A DNA stretch of 42,219 nucleotides, from the NCBI GenBank assembly GCA_001783275.1, contig MFRH01000090.1, forward strand, positions 1 through 42,219, read 5' to 3'. Made by a program: the position numbers and the translations under genes. Position 1 is the first letter of the stretch; the number at the start of each line of letters is the position of its first letter. Shown here piece after piece: positions 8,690 to 18,346 of the stretch. The DNA comes from Candidatus Margulisbacteria bacterium GWF2_35_9 (GTDB lineage Bacteria > Margulisbacteria > Riflemargulisbacteria > GWF2-35-9). Under the pieces are notes generated by a model. It was given only the letters and a program-made list of their open reading frames with translations. It had not been told where the DNA came from and did no database searches.

Positions 8690-9182
8690 GCTTTATATAG
8701 GCAGTATATTCTTTTAATAGTTTATCCCTTGTATGCGAATATGTTACTGGGTATGCTGTCCATGGCAAAATATATCCTTTGCGTTTAGCTAGTACAACAA
8801 CATAATCTTTTTGTTCAAGCCATAAAACAATTCTTGTTTCACTTTTTCGTATATTCTCCCACACTTTAACCTCGGTTTTAGCTTCATTTAGAATGACAGG
8901 CTTTACCCAAGGCAATTTTGAGGCTCTGCTATATTCTATTGTTCTGGTCATTTCATCTTTTCCCTCTGTTATCATATGCCAAAAAGTAGCTTCTTTGTTA
9001 TCTTTTTTAGGGTGTTTCTTTAGAGCAAGTTTTTGCCCTCTGAAATTTGCCGGATCATTAATAAAATCTTCTGTGAATATTCTGTATAAAGCTTGAATAT
9101 AGGTTGCTTCTGTTACATTCTTTTGCTTGATAAACTCATTGGGTAGCCAGTTGAAATCTGCCATTAGTCTTGAGGTCTCCAT
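8673..9182 (-). CDS. Hypothetical protein, possible BECR/RelE-fold ribonuclease
   Basis: FWH motif, R..LPW, C-terminal beta strands YVVVL...WTAY; overlaps the DUF3800 stop. Confidence 0.6.
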   Translation of the reverse strand: METSRLMADFNWLPNEFIKQKNVTEATYIQALYRIFTEDFINDPANFRGQKLALKKHPKKDNKEATFWHMITEGKDEMTRTIEYSRASKLPWVKPVILNEAKTEVKVWENIRKSETRIVLWLEQKDYVVVLAKRKGYILPWTAYPVTYSHTRDKLLKEYTAYIKQKTPR

Positions 9183-9868
9183 TTAAAAATATTAAACTTA
9201 TTTTCCGTTAAATAGGTGCTTTTTAGCAAAGAATACTCTGAACGCTCCCGTATTCTCTCTACAATTTTAAGTTTAGATTCACTACTGGTTAAATTTCTAT
9301 TAGCATAACCAACCGCACCAACCAGTAAATCCGTTAATTGAAGCAACTCTATTTCATGAGATTTAACGATTTGGATTCTATTGATTATCCGTTCTTCATG
9401 GTGATCATAAAAATCATTTCGCAGTACCTCTTTTAGTTTCTTTACTTTGTGTCCACCACAGGTATCTTTTATATCAATATATATATTGTTTTTGGCATGG
9501 GGGTCTAAAATTCCTTTTAACATTCCAAAATACATTTTATAGTAAAAATCATCATGTGACTGCCCAAAACGAGTATGGTTAAGTTTTGTTTTATCCGGGA
9601 CTATCAAAACTCTAAATTGTAAGCTGTCATTATCAAAAAAGTAATCAATCAGATCAAGATAATAATTAATTTTTGATCTTGATGTTTTGATCCATTTTGT
9701 TTCCCAATTAAAATTTAATCTATGTTTTTTCTTAATATCTCTTAGCCTGGAAAATGCTTCCTGTTTCTTGTCTTCCAGACAGGAGATGGCTCCTAACACC
9801 ATAACATTACATTTGTCATTTTCAAGATGGCAGGATTCATCGCAATAAATATTAACTATCTTTGGCAT
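9164..9868 (-). CDS. DUF3800 domain protein (RNase H-like fold)
   Basis: IYCDES, ExKW, IYID, SHEIELLQLTDLLVGA; GGAGGTG SD. Confidence 0.88.
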   Translation of the reverse strand: MPKIVNIYCDESCHLENDKCNVMVLGAISCLEDKKQEAFSRLRDIKKKHRLNFNWETKWIKTSRSKINYYLDLIDYFFDNDSLQFRVLIVPDKTKLNHTRFGQSHDDFYYKMYFGMLKGILDPHAKNNIYIDIKDTCGGHKVKKLKEVLRNDFYDHHEERIINRIQIVKSHEIELLQLTDLLVGAVGYANRNLTSSESKLKIVERIRERSEYSLLKSTYLTENKFNIFKWRPQD

Positions 9869-9910
9869 TTTTTACACCTCCCTGAATTTAGTTAGCATAC
9901 CTCTACCAAT

Positions 9911-9931
9911 TGTCGTGACAGTGTCACGACA
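9911..9931. repeat. Perfect 10-1-10 palindrome
   Basis: TGTCGTGACA-G-TGTCACGACA, 43 bp upstream of the DUF3800 ATG. Confidence 0.85.
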
Positions 9932-10141
9932 TTCTGGATTGTTTAACTCTGTTTGATTATCGTTGCTTTTTAATTTATTCATATTTTTCCTTTACTCCGC
10001 TTATACCTTTTTTGTTTTTCCGCATCATATCAAAAATAAACTCCTGATATCTTCGTTGAAAATAAGAATTGATTGCTTATATTGATTATTATAGTTGAAA
10101 TAAGTTTTTAGATAAAGGATTGCCTGCTCGACAAACCTCAT

Positions 10142-10218
10142 TGGTCGGGGTGGCCAGATTTGAACTGACGACCACTTGCCCCCCAGACAAGTGCGCTACC
10201 GGGCTGCGCTACACCCCG
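10142..10218 (-). tRNA. tRNA-Pro(GGG)
   Basis: CGGGGTGTAGCGCAGCCCGGTAGCGC...CT GGG GG loop...GTTCAAATC...CACCCCGACCA; CCA encoded. Confidence 0.97.
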
Positions 10219-10268
10219 ACATTCTGATAACAGAAAATATTATAGCGTTTATATACTTTTTACTAAAG

Positions 10269-10814
10269 TTATTTTTCTGAAGTTTTTGCAGGAGATACTA
10301 ATAAATGAACCAGTTGAAACACGATTAACGTCATCGTTTGATAAATAATCAACATATCATAATTTAGCACCCAGAAAAGCAATAAGGAAAAGCTGAAGAA
10401 CACAGTTTCAATAACCGTATTTGTTTTTCTTCGTTTTATTAATCCAAATCCATGTAATAACCCAAAAACGATTCCGAACCAGATATTCTGATAAAGTATA
10501 AATATAAGTGGGAATATACCCGTCTCTCTTGGGTTATCCTTCTGCCAGAAAGGAAAAACAATTCCTGAAAAAAATGCCAGCAACAGAAAATAATTCTCTG
10601 CTCGCAACACCATAATTAATACTATTATTTTTATTATTTCATAGGAAACTACATACCAAAACTGATAGAACTCCATATATTGGAGTACTTTTACTTTTTC
10701 ATTTAGTTTAAATCGAACAAGGGGTTTGCTTCCTTCTATTTGAGTTAATGCATACTTAATTCCAGGTAAGGTTGCGACAAAATAAACCAGTATCAGTCCA
10801 AGGACTAATATCAT
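10269..10814 (-). CDS. Hypothetical multi-pass membrane protein
   Basis: Highly hydrophobic; ATGA overlap with the lysC stop. Confidence 0.7.
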   Translation of the reverse strand: MILVLGLILVYFVATLPGIKYALTQIEGSKPLVRFKLNEKVKVLQYMEFYQFWYVVSYEIIKIIVLIMVLRAENYFLLLAFFSGIVFPFWQKDNPRETGIFPLIFILYQNIWFGIVFGLLHGFGLIKRRKTNTVIETVFFSFSLLLFWVLNYDMLIIYQTMTLIVFQLVHLLVSPAKTSEK

Positions 10815-12028
10815 TTTTCAAGTTCAAAGCCATCGTGAAGTAGCCTTACCGCTTTTTCCGTGTCCTTTGAATTAATGATACATGATACTTTTATTTCTGA
10901 GGTTGTTATCGAGTCGATATTTATTCCATTACCACCCAACATTGAAAACATTCTGGCAGCCACACCTGGACTTGACATCATTCCAACTCCAATAATGGAT
11001 ATCTTAGATACGTTATTATCATGAACAACATTTGAAGCTTTAATACTTTTCGCGTACTCTTTAGTAATCTCTAAGGCTTTTATTAAATCATCTCGTGAAA
11101 CGGTAAACGCAATGTCGTTATGACTATCTACCTGATTACTTTGGATGATCATATCCACATTAATTTTGGCATCTGCTAATTTAGTAAATAACTGGCCAGC
11201 AATACCTGGAACATCAGGAAGCTCCAGTATCGCAATTTTTGCAACATTTTCGTCATATGCTATTCCTGTCACCGGATTTTTTATTTCCATTTTTGAAACC
11301 TCCTTAACTATTGTTCCTTCGCTAAAATTATAACTGGATCTGACATGTATCTCTAAGCCATAAGCCTTTGCACCTTCAACTGCTCTTGGGTGTAGCACCT
11401 GTGCCCCAAGACTCGCCATTTCTAACATTTCATCATATGAAATTACTTTATGTTTTTTCGCATTTTTTATTAGCGACGGATTCGCAGTATAAACTCCATC
11501 CACGTCAGTATATATTTCACATACAGTTGCTTTTATTGCAGCTGCGATTACTACCGCGGAAGTATCTGACCCTCCCCGTCCTATCGTGGTTGTATCATCT
11601 TGACTATTTACACCTTGAAAACCGGTTACGATTACAACTTTCCCTAAAGTGAGTTCCTCTAGGATTCTCTCTGGCTTAACGTCGAGAATTTTAGCCTTAT
11701 TGTGAACATCTTCAGTATATACTCCTGCTTGTCTTCCGGTTAATGAAATTGCTTCATAACCCTGTTGGTGCAGTGCCATTGCCAAAAGTGACGCTGAAAC
11801 AGTTTCGCCTGTCGATATCAATGCGTCAAATTCTCTACCGGATGGAGCCGGCATAATTTCCATAGCTAATTTTACGAGTTCATCCGTTGTATGCCCCATT
11901 GCAGATACAATGACAACCATGTTATTGCCTTGTTCTTTTGCTTTAATTATACGATCGGCGACTCTTTTTATTTTGTTAGTATCTCCGACACTGGTTCCAC
12001 CATATTTCTGAACAATTATATTATCCAA
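10811..12028 (-). CDS. lysC: Aspartate kinase
   Basis: VQKYGGTSV, VSAMG, GRGGSDTSA, two ACT domains. Confidence 0.97.
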   Translation of the reverse strand: MDNIIVQKYGGTSVGDTNKIKRVADRIIKAKEQGNNMVVIVSAMGHTTDELVKLAMEIMPAPSGREFDALISTGETVSASLLAMALHQQGYEAISLTGRQAGVYTEDVHNKAKILDVKPERILEELTLGKVVIVTGFQGVNSQDDTTTIGRGGSDTSAVVIAAAIKATVCEIYTDVDGVYTANPSLIKNAKKHKVISYDEMLEMASLGAQVLHPRAVEGAKAYGLEIHVRSSYNFSEGTIVKEVSKMEIKNPVTGIAYDENVAKIAILELPDVPGIAGQLFTKLADAKINVDMIIQSNQVDSHNDIAFTVSRDDLIKALEITKEYAKSIKASNVVHDNNVSKISIIGVGMMSSPGVAARMFSMLGGNGINIDSITTSEIKVSCIINSKDTEKAVRLLHDGFELEK

Positions 12029-12172
12029 GATGCTACACCTTCTTTCAATTGAATACGTTTCAACCCTCTTATAAACTGACTATGCTTCGCACAGAATTTA
12101 ATTCGGTCTTAGTTTTGCTAATCATACAATAAATATTATTAAAATTCACTAATAATTTTTGGGATTTTTTTG

Positions 12173-13312
12173 TTAATTAAGTATATAGCTCGCCACTGAA
12201 TCAATAATCTCTGTACTTTTTCCATTTGTGAGCTTTTCACTCGCGATTTTTAAGTCCTTTTTAACTTTATTCAAACCTGATTTTTCTTTAAACAACTCGT
12301 TGATATGTACTGCAACATCCTTTTCCCGATAGTTTTGTAAATACTCTTTAGCAATTTCCTTCCCCGCTAAAATATTTGTTAATGAAAAGTACTTGTATTT
12401 AAACTTCTTTAACGCTCTTTTTATTAACGGGAATGACAATCTATTGAATCGATACAGAATAACATGTGGCGTTTCTAAAATAGTTGTTTCAAGGCATATC
12501 GTGCCGGACGTCACTATCGCAAACTCGCTTTCCTCAAGCGTTTCATATGTTTGACTAAATCGTATCGGGATATCGAGCTTCGCTTCAGACAATATTTGTG
12601 TAATCTTATTTAGGAATTGCTTGTTTGGTAAATTGATTACAAATTGATATTTTTTATCGATATCTATTAAATACTTCATAATCTTAATCATCGAAGGGAA
12701 TACATATTTAATTTCCTGTTTTCTTGAACCTGGAAAGATTGAAATCAGCTTTTGCTTCGGACGAATTTTATTAACTTGATTTTCTTTATATTGCTTAATT
12801 ATATCAACAAGTGGGTGCCCATAATACACAACATCATCCGTATATTTTTTATAACTTTTATATTCATCCTTAAAAATTGCAACCATTTTGTCTGCGGTAG
12901 CAACAACTTTATTCATCCCCTTTTCAGAACCCCACACCCATTCCTGTGGCAAAATATAGTAGGCGATCGGAATATTCCGACGTTTAGCTTCCTTAGCCAT
13001 TATCATATTAAATCCTTGGTAATCGACACAAATTACGCGATCGATCTTTATTTTGTTAAATAGTGTGATAATTTTTTTGCGTAATTTTAATAAGGTAGGA
13101 ATCACGGTCAGCGCTTCTAAAAATCCGATGGTAGATTTTTTAGAAATATCGGCTATTATAACCGCGCCTTCCTTCTGAAGTTTCTCACTTCCTACTGCAT
13201 AAATGAGTACATCTGGAATTTGTTTTTTAATCGCCTTTATCAGGAACGATGCATGCAGATCGCCAGAAACTTCTCCAGTTAACACTAGCAATCTTTTTAT
13301 CGGTTCAGACAT
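12173..13312 (-). CDS. lpxB: Lipid-A-disaccharide synthase
   Basis: GEVSGDLH, DYQGFN, GHPL, FPGSRKQE, SGT. Confidence 0.95.
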   Translation of the reverse strand: MSEPIKRLLVLTGEVSGDLHASFLIKAIKKQIPDVLIYAVGSEKLQKEGAVIIADISKKSTIGFLEALTVIPTLLKLRKKIITLFNKIKIDRVICVDYQGFNMIMAKEAKRRNIPIAYYILPQEWVWGSEKGMNKVVATADKMVAIFKDEYKSYKKYTDDVVYYGHPLVDIIKQYKENQVNKIRPKQKLISIFPGSRKQEIKYVFPSMIKIMKYLIDIDKKYQFVINLPNKQFLNKITQILSEAKLDIPIRFSQTYETLEESEFAIVTSGTICLETTILETPHVILYRFNRLSFPLIKRALKKFKYKYFSLTNILAGKEIAKEYLQNYREKDVAVHINELFKEKSGLNKVKKDLKIASEKLTNGKSTEIIDSVASYILN

Positions 13313-13320
13313 AAGTTAGA

Positions 13321-14568
13321 TCAATCCGTATTAGAATCTCCTACTTTATCTGCTGACCCTCTTTTCATTATTCCATTTTTTGATTCTGTCATCACAAATT
13401 CTATAAAACCTTTAACTTCTTCGGTTTCTTTAATCTCTTTTCTAATTTTTTCTATCGCTTGAGTTGTATTTAAACTAGATCGATAAAATATTTTATAGAC
13501 ATCTTTCATTGCTTTCTTCTGTTCATTTGTATAATTATGACGATCCATTCCAATTGAATTTAATGTGCGAATAACGGCTGGATTTCCCTCAACCAACATA
13601 TGCGGTGGAATATCCTGTCGAACTGAAGAGTAACCACCTACCATTGCAAAATCACCAATTCGGGTAAACTGAAGGATACCAGTCATTCCACCGATTATTA
13701 CATTATTACCTATTTGAAGATGCCCCGCTAACTGTGCCGCATTTGAAATGACGACATTGTTACCAATAACACAATCATGGGCGATATGAACGCTGGTTAA
13801 AAAAAGATTGTCATTACCAATCAATGTTTTCCCACCCTTCTCAGTGGCACGATTAATGGTTACATATTCCCTGATATCATTTCTATGTCCTATCTCAACA
13901 TAACTCTTTTCGCCTTTGTACTTCTTGTCTTGTGTTGTATTTCCAATAATGGTTCCATAATGGATATGACAGTCATTTCCGATCGTTACCCATTTTTCAA
14001 TAACGACATTTGCCTCTATTATGACGCCATTTCCGATTTTTACTCCTTCTCCGATGTACACATGGGGGCCGATGGTAACATCTTTACCAATAACTGCATT
14101 CGGATGAATTTTTGCGGTCGGATCAATCCTCTTTTCAATTTGTCCATCAATAATCGATAGGGTAATCTCTGCTTCTGCAACCACTTTTCCTTCAACAAAT
14201 ATCTTCCCTAACGTTTTCCCGACAGGTCCTTTAATTTTTTTTAAATCAACTTCTAACCTTAATTGATCACCAGGAAATACGGGGCGCTTAAATCGAACAT
14301 CCTGAATAGCTGCAAAATAAGCTAATTTACCCTTTGAATTTGGGATTGAAGAAAGAAGAAGTATTCCAGATATTTGCGCTAACGCTTCAATCATTAATAC
14401 TCCCGGCATAACTGGATGACCTGGGAAGTGCCCTTGAAAGAAAGGCTCATTAATCGTTGTATTCTTTATACCCACTATCCGCTTGCCTTCTTCAAGCTCT
14501 AACACTTTATCTACTAATAAGAAGGGATACCGATGAGGCAAACAATCCATTATTTCATTAACGTCCAC
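13321..14568 (-). CDS. fabZ-lpxA: FabZ-LpxA fusion (3-hydroxyacyl-ACP dehydratase + UDP-GlcNAc O-acyltransferase)
   Basis: LPHRYPFLLVD and GHFPGHPVMPGVL, then in frame IDPTAKIHP hexapeptide repeats, QDKKY, HIAHDC, LAGH. Confidence 0.93.
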   Translation of the reverse strand: MDVNEIMDCLPHRYPFLLVDKVLELEEGKRIVGIKNTTINEPFFQGHFPGHPVMPGVLMIEALAQISGILLLSSIPNSKGKLAYFAAIQDVRFKRPVFPGDQLRLEVDLKKIKGPVGKTLGKIFVEGKVVAEAEITLSIIDGQIEKRIDPTAKIHPNAVIGKDVTIGPHVYIGEGVKIGNGVIIEANVVIEKWVTIGNDCHIHYGTIIGNTTQDKKYKGEKSYVEIGHRNDIREYVTINRATEKGGKTLIGNDNLFLTSVHIAHDCVIGNNVVISNAAQLAGHLQIGNNVIIGGMTGILQFTRIGDFAMVGGYSSVRQDIPPHMLVEGNPAVIRTLNSIGMDRHNYTNEQKKAMKDVYKIFYRSSLNTTQAIEKIRKEIKETEEVKGFIEFVMTESKNGIMKRGSADKVGDSNTD

Positions 14569-15112
14569 TATTTTCTCCTCTTTTCTCTATAACTAACACC
14601 TGTATTTTAGCAAATATTTCCTGGTGTGATAAGGTATCGATTTCAATGCTGGTCACTTCTACCGGAAATGTAAACGCTGTTAAGTTACTTATAAACCATG
14701 CCAACCCAATCGGATCATCATAAAATTCAAAGTATATTGGGTATTCATTTATATGTTTATTTACGATCTTCTGACCGGTAGAAATATTTTTTAAATGGAA
14801 ACTACCCCGTTGATTTGCTAAAAACCCATTAAATTCCATTACGGGATTCTTTCTACTTTTAAACAATTCATCCAATTCCTGCATTTTTTTCTTCATCTTT
14901 ATTTTTTCCAACATTGCCTGTGTTATTTTGTTTTCATAACTTTTTATTTGAGTTCGGAATGTCGAAGATAAATTCATATTCAGTCGAATACGAACTATTT
15001 TTGGATATAAAAAAAATTGAAACAACATTATCATTAACAAACAAATAAAAACCCAAAGATAGTATTGCTTCTCTTTGGGTAATAATAATTCCTGATGTTT
15101 AAAGACTCTCAT
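14558..15112 (-). CDS. PilO-like protein
   Basis: N-terminal TM, coiled coil, ferredoxin-like C-terminus; follows the PilM/N-like gene. Confidence 0.5.
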   Translation of the reverse strand: MRVFKHQELLLPKEKQYYLWVFICLLMIMLFQFFLYPKIVRIRLNMNLSSTFRTQIKSYENKITQAMLEKIKMKKKMQELDELFKSRKNPVMEFNGFLANQRGSFHLKNISTGQKIVNKHINEYPIYFEFYDDPIGLAWFISNLTAFTFPVEVTSIEIDTLSHQEIFAKIQVLVIEKRGENSGR

Positions 15113-15121
15113 CTTTCCCCT

Positions 15122-16681
15122 TTAGTTCAGTTTCATTTCTATAAAAAACTGGTAATTCGACTCTGCTACTTTTTCAATTTTATTAACATTTACTTCTGTT
15201 CCGGGAAGATCCTTGCCAATGTTTTCCAGATAATTATTCACTGTTTCCATTTGTGCTGTCTCGCCATATATCTCGAAGCTATTCTGGCGATTATTATAGG
15301 AAACATGGTTGATACTAATTCCCTTCAGTCGTTTTTTATATATTAATTTTAGTAATTTTGCCGATTTTTCTACAGTTTTTTGAGAGTAATCCAGTTTTTT
15401 TATTAATTCCTGATACTGCTCTATTTCTTGAGACGTATCCATTGAGTCTAAATATTTTTGTTTCACTTTGGCGAGTTTATTTTTAACACTATATAGGTTT
15501 TTTGAAGATCGATCATAGGCTTTTGAACAATATGTATTCGCCAGAAAAAATACAATCAGCACTAAAATCAATCCCAATAAAAGCTTCTTCCAAGAGTTAT
15601 CTATTAAAACGTTTAGAGATAGTTTCTGCTTCATCGTATGACGAAATCCTGGCCTCATTGTACGGATCGGCATAAAAAGATCGCCTCTTTTGTGAGCGCT
15701 CACTATTGCCAAAACAACCTCAACTTCTTCATCGGACAAACTTGATATCTGGTCATCTATTTCAACTAATCTTGCTTTTGCTGATGTTTTATCATGATAC
15801 CGACATGTGATTTTGAGCTCTTTCTCAAGAAACTCTGCTAGCTTATTCTTCAAAAAAACATCTGAAACAATAAGCCCACGAGAAATAGTTCGACTAAAGG
15901 TGGTTTGATACACTTGCATGGTCCGACTAATATCCTTTAAAAAATTATCAACTAATATTTTAAAGGATATGCCCCTGTTCAAGTCATTGTAACGAGTAAA
16001 ATCTAGGTCAATATCAATGGCTGTTCTAAGCTGATTTTGAGAAAAATGATCCTTGCTTAAAGCATCTTCAACTTGAGAAAGTGAAAAATTTAGCCTTTTC
16101 ACAAATTGAATCTGGTTGACCCTGCTAACAATTAGATCGGTGTATTTATCTGCTATATTTATTGTTAGCACATCATTGTCGTCTATTGATGATGACAAAT
16201 TGCATTTATTTAAACAGTAATAATAGGGCATCCAATTTATTCGTAAATGTTTTGAAAGGCTTAATTTCTTCTCAATGGTTTTTTGAAAAATAGGATCTAG
16301 CGTAACAATTGCTAATAAATACTCAATGGTATTTTCAGCTCTTTCTGCTTCAATTTTATAATATATTGATTTCTTGCTGTATGAATCTGATAAACTTAAC
16401 TTTATCTTATTTTTCACAGATGCAATAAACTCATCAGGTGGAGTTAACGCTAATGTGACGTATTTTTCAAAAGAATAGGTCGAATCCGGAACAACATAAA
16501 TCTTAATTATGTTATATTTCTCTGTGCTTGCTTTTAAGTATTTTCGAATGGGCATTAGGTCTAGCTTATTAAAAAGCTCGATCCGCTTTATACTCAGAAG
16601 ATTATGGTCATCAAAAAAAACCAAAATACATTCTTTGGATTTTAAATAAACGCCAACCGTGCAGTCTTTAATAATACTCAA
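15122..16681 (-). CDS. Divergent PilM-PilN-like fusion
   Basis: Actin-like INIADKYTDLIV and DISRTMQVY motifs, then TM, coiled coil and a PilN-like domain. Confidence 0.55.
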   Translation of the reverse strand: MSIIKDCTVGVYLKSKECILVFFDDHNLLSIKRIELFNKLDLMPIRKYLKASTEKYNIIKIYVVPDSTYSFEKYVTLALTPPDEFIASVKNKIKLSLSDSYSKKSIYYKIEAERAENTIEYLLAIVTLDPIFQKTIEKKLSLSKHLRINWMPYYYCLNKCNLSSSIDDNDVLTINIADKYTDLIVSRVNQIQFVKRLNFSLSQVEDALSKDHFSQNQLRTAIDIDLDFTRYNDLNRGISFKILVDNFLKDISRTMQVYQTTFSRTISRGLIVSDVFLKNKLAEFLEKELKITCRYHDKTSAKARLVEIDDQISSLSDEEVEVVLAIVSAHKRGDLFMPIRTMRPGFRHTMKQKLSLNVLIDNSWKKLLLGLILVLIVFFLANTYCSKAYDRSSKNLYSVKNKLAKVKQKYLDSMDTSQEIEQYQELIKKLDYSQKTVEKSAKLLKLIYKKRLKGISINHVSYNNRQNSFEIYGETAQMETVNNYLENIGKDLPGTEVNVNKIEKVAESNYQFFIEMKLN

Positions 16682-16717
16682 CCCCCAAAAATTAATGACT
16701 CTCTATGATACTTTAAA

Positions 16718-17059
16718 TTATAACAGCAAAGCCTTTTTTCTGTCTTTATATCTAAATATTATATATACCCCTAATATTGCTGTGACATCTGTAATTAAAT
16801 CAAAAAACGAACAATTTCTGCCTGGAATAAAATACTGGTGTATTTCGTCTGATATTGAAAATATTATGAGGAAGGCCAGAATACGTTTTTTTTTATATGA
16901 CCAAGCAACGTATACTAATAATGCTAATATCCCATATTCTATTAAGTGATATAGTTTATCTATATTCTGCAACGAAATCTGCATCATTGGCACTTTTGAT
17001 TGATGCGACATTGCTATAATGACCCCGCAATACATGATGGCAATCAGTTTTTTAATCAA
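16718..17059 (-). CDS. VanZ family protein
   Basis: DKLYHLIEYG...SDEIHQYFIPGR...D. Confidence 0.92.
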   Translation of the reverse strand: MIKKLIAIMYCGVIIAMSHQSKVPMMQISLQNIDKLYHLIEYGILALLVYVAWSYKKKRILAFLIIFSISDEIHQYFIPGRNCSFFDLITDVTAILGVYIIFRYKDRKKALLL

Positions 17060-18281
17060 GGGTAATTAAACCTCTGGCATATTGAAGCTCACCATCCCCT
17101 ACCTGATATATTAAGTTATATTCATCAAATAGCTTATACAAGTAGGAATATGTTCCTTCTTTATAGTTTTGGAAATTTATCAGTCCTGAATAAATATTGT
17201 CATCTTTTAACAAATCAATATTTCGTCCATCATCGACTAAAAGTATTTTTATTACCTCTGCCTCACTTTGTAATTGCAACTCAATAAATAATGTTTGTTT
17301 ATTTCTTTCTGGGTTGCACTCCACAACATAAATATTCTCCGTAATTTCCTTAAAGGACAAAACAAACGTGGTATCTGATTCCGACTGCAACGGATTTTTT
17401 CGAAATCGTTGCTGTTCGAGTAAATAATCATCTTTAATTCTTTTATCCATGTGATCCAATCTCGATAACAAATATGCTAACTCTTCTCTTTTGACAGGCT
17501 TGAGGGGATAAAAGCTATCTTCTTTTATCCAATCTGGAGGCAAATATCCCTGTGCCGCTAAATAAGCAATCGTGCGATGTTCATTATCATCCACCAAAAT
17601 ATCTCGATAATATGCTCGACTTTCCTCCTTAAGATTACCATAGAAATTTTTGAGTATTCGAAGAACTTCTTCTCGCGTTATGATTTTATCCGGAGCAAAC
17701 TCTACCGCATTTAATGGATATATTAAATTATGATTTAAGGCTAACTGAATGTAGTGATATGCCCAATGTGTTTGCAATAAATCTCGATAGAAAAAGTTGG
17801 TTTTATACTTTGTTGTCGGTGCAATTCCTTGTAATAATAACAGGATTCTTGTTAGCTCCGCTTTTCTTACATAATTATCTGGCTTAAAAAAATCGGTTCC
17901 CATGTAGCTTGGCATTAATTGTAGCGTGGAGATAATTTCTATTTCTCTTTTATAGGGACTTTTCTCAATATCAGGATAGGTTTTTAAAACATCCACTTTC
18001 AGCACTTTTTCTGTTTTTCCGTTTTCATTTTCTGCTCTGAAAGCAAATTCACGATAACCCGTTTCTGAGAACTTAAATTTTAATCTGAAAAGACCGTTTT
18101 GAAGATCAACATTGTAATTGTTTACAAACAACTTATCTGAATCAATTAATTCACCATAAATATTTATTTCATCATAGGCTATAATCGGATCCGATTCCAT
18201 TGGTGATATAATTTTTATAACCGGTAACTGAGCAAATATTAGCGAAAAGCTAAGGACAATTAAGATCGCACGAATCAACAT
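17052..18281 (-). CDS. S-layer homology (SLH) domain protein
   Basis: Signal peptide, Ig-like N-terminus, FKPDNYVRKAE / HWAY...FAPDKIITREE / VKREE repeats, DDG...DNIYSG motif. Confidence 0.85.
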   Translation of the reverse strand: MLIRAILIVLSFSLIFAQLPVIKIISPMESDPIIAYDEINIYGELIDSDKLFVNNYNVDLQNGLFRLKFKFSETGYREFAFRAENENGKTEKVLKVDVLKTYPDIEKSPYKREIEIISTLQLMPSYMGTDFFKPDNYVRKAELTRILLLLQGIAPTTKYKTNFFYRDLLQTHWAYHYIQLALNHNLIYPLNAVEFAPDKIITREEVLRILKNFYGNLKEESRAYYRDILVDDNEHRTIAYLAAQGYLPPDWIKEDSFYPLKPVKREELAYLLSRLDHMDKRIKDDYLLEQQRFRKNPLQSESDTTFVLSFKEITENIYVVECNPERNKQTLFIELQLQSEAEVIKILLVDDGRNIDLLKDDNIYSGLINFQNYKEGTYSYLYKLFDEYNLIYQVGDGELQYARGLITLD

Positions 18282-18346
18282 GCCATTATTTTATCTGCTA
18301 GTGATTTTAAACACAATAAGAGATTAAGAGATCAACGGATTAACCG

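Noticed and set aside
10111-10121. GATAAAGGATT matching the ppx duplication core, next to tRNA-Pro
   Set aside because: An 11-bp AT-rich match with no flanking similarity is plausible by chance
12029-12172. Lysine riboswitch upstream of lysC
   Set aside because: The region is short and lacks recognisable L-box conserved motifs
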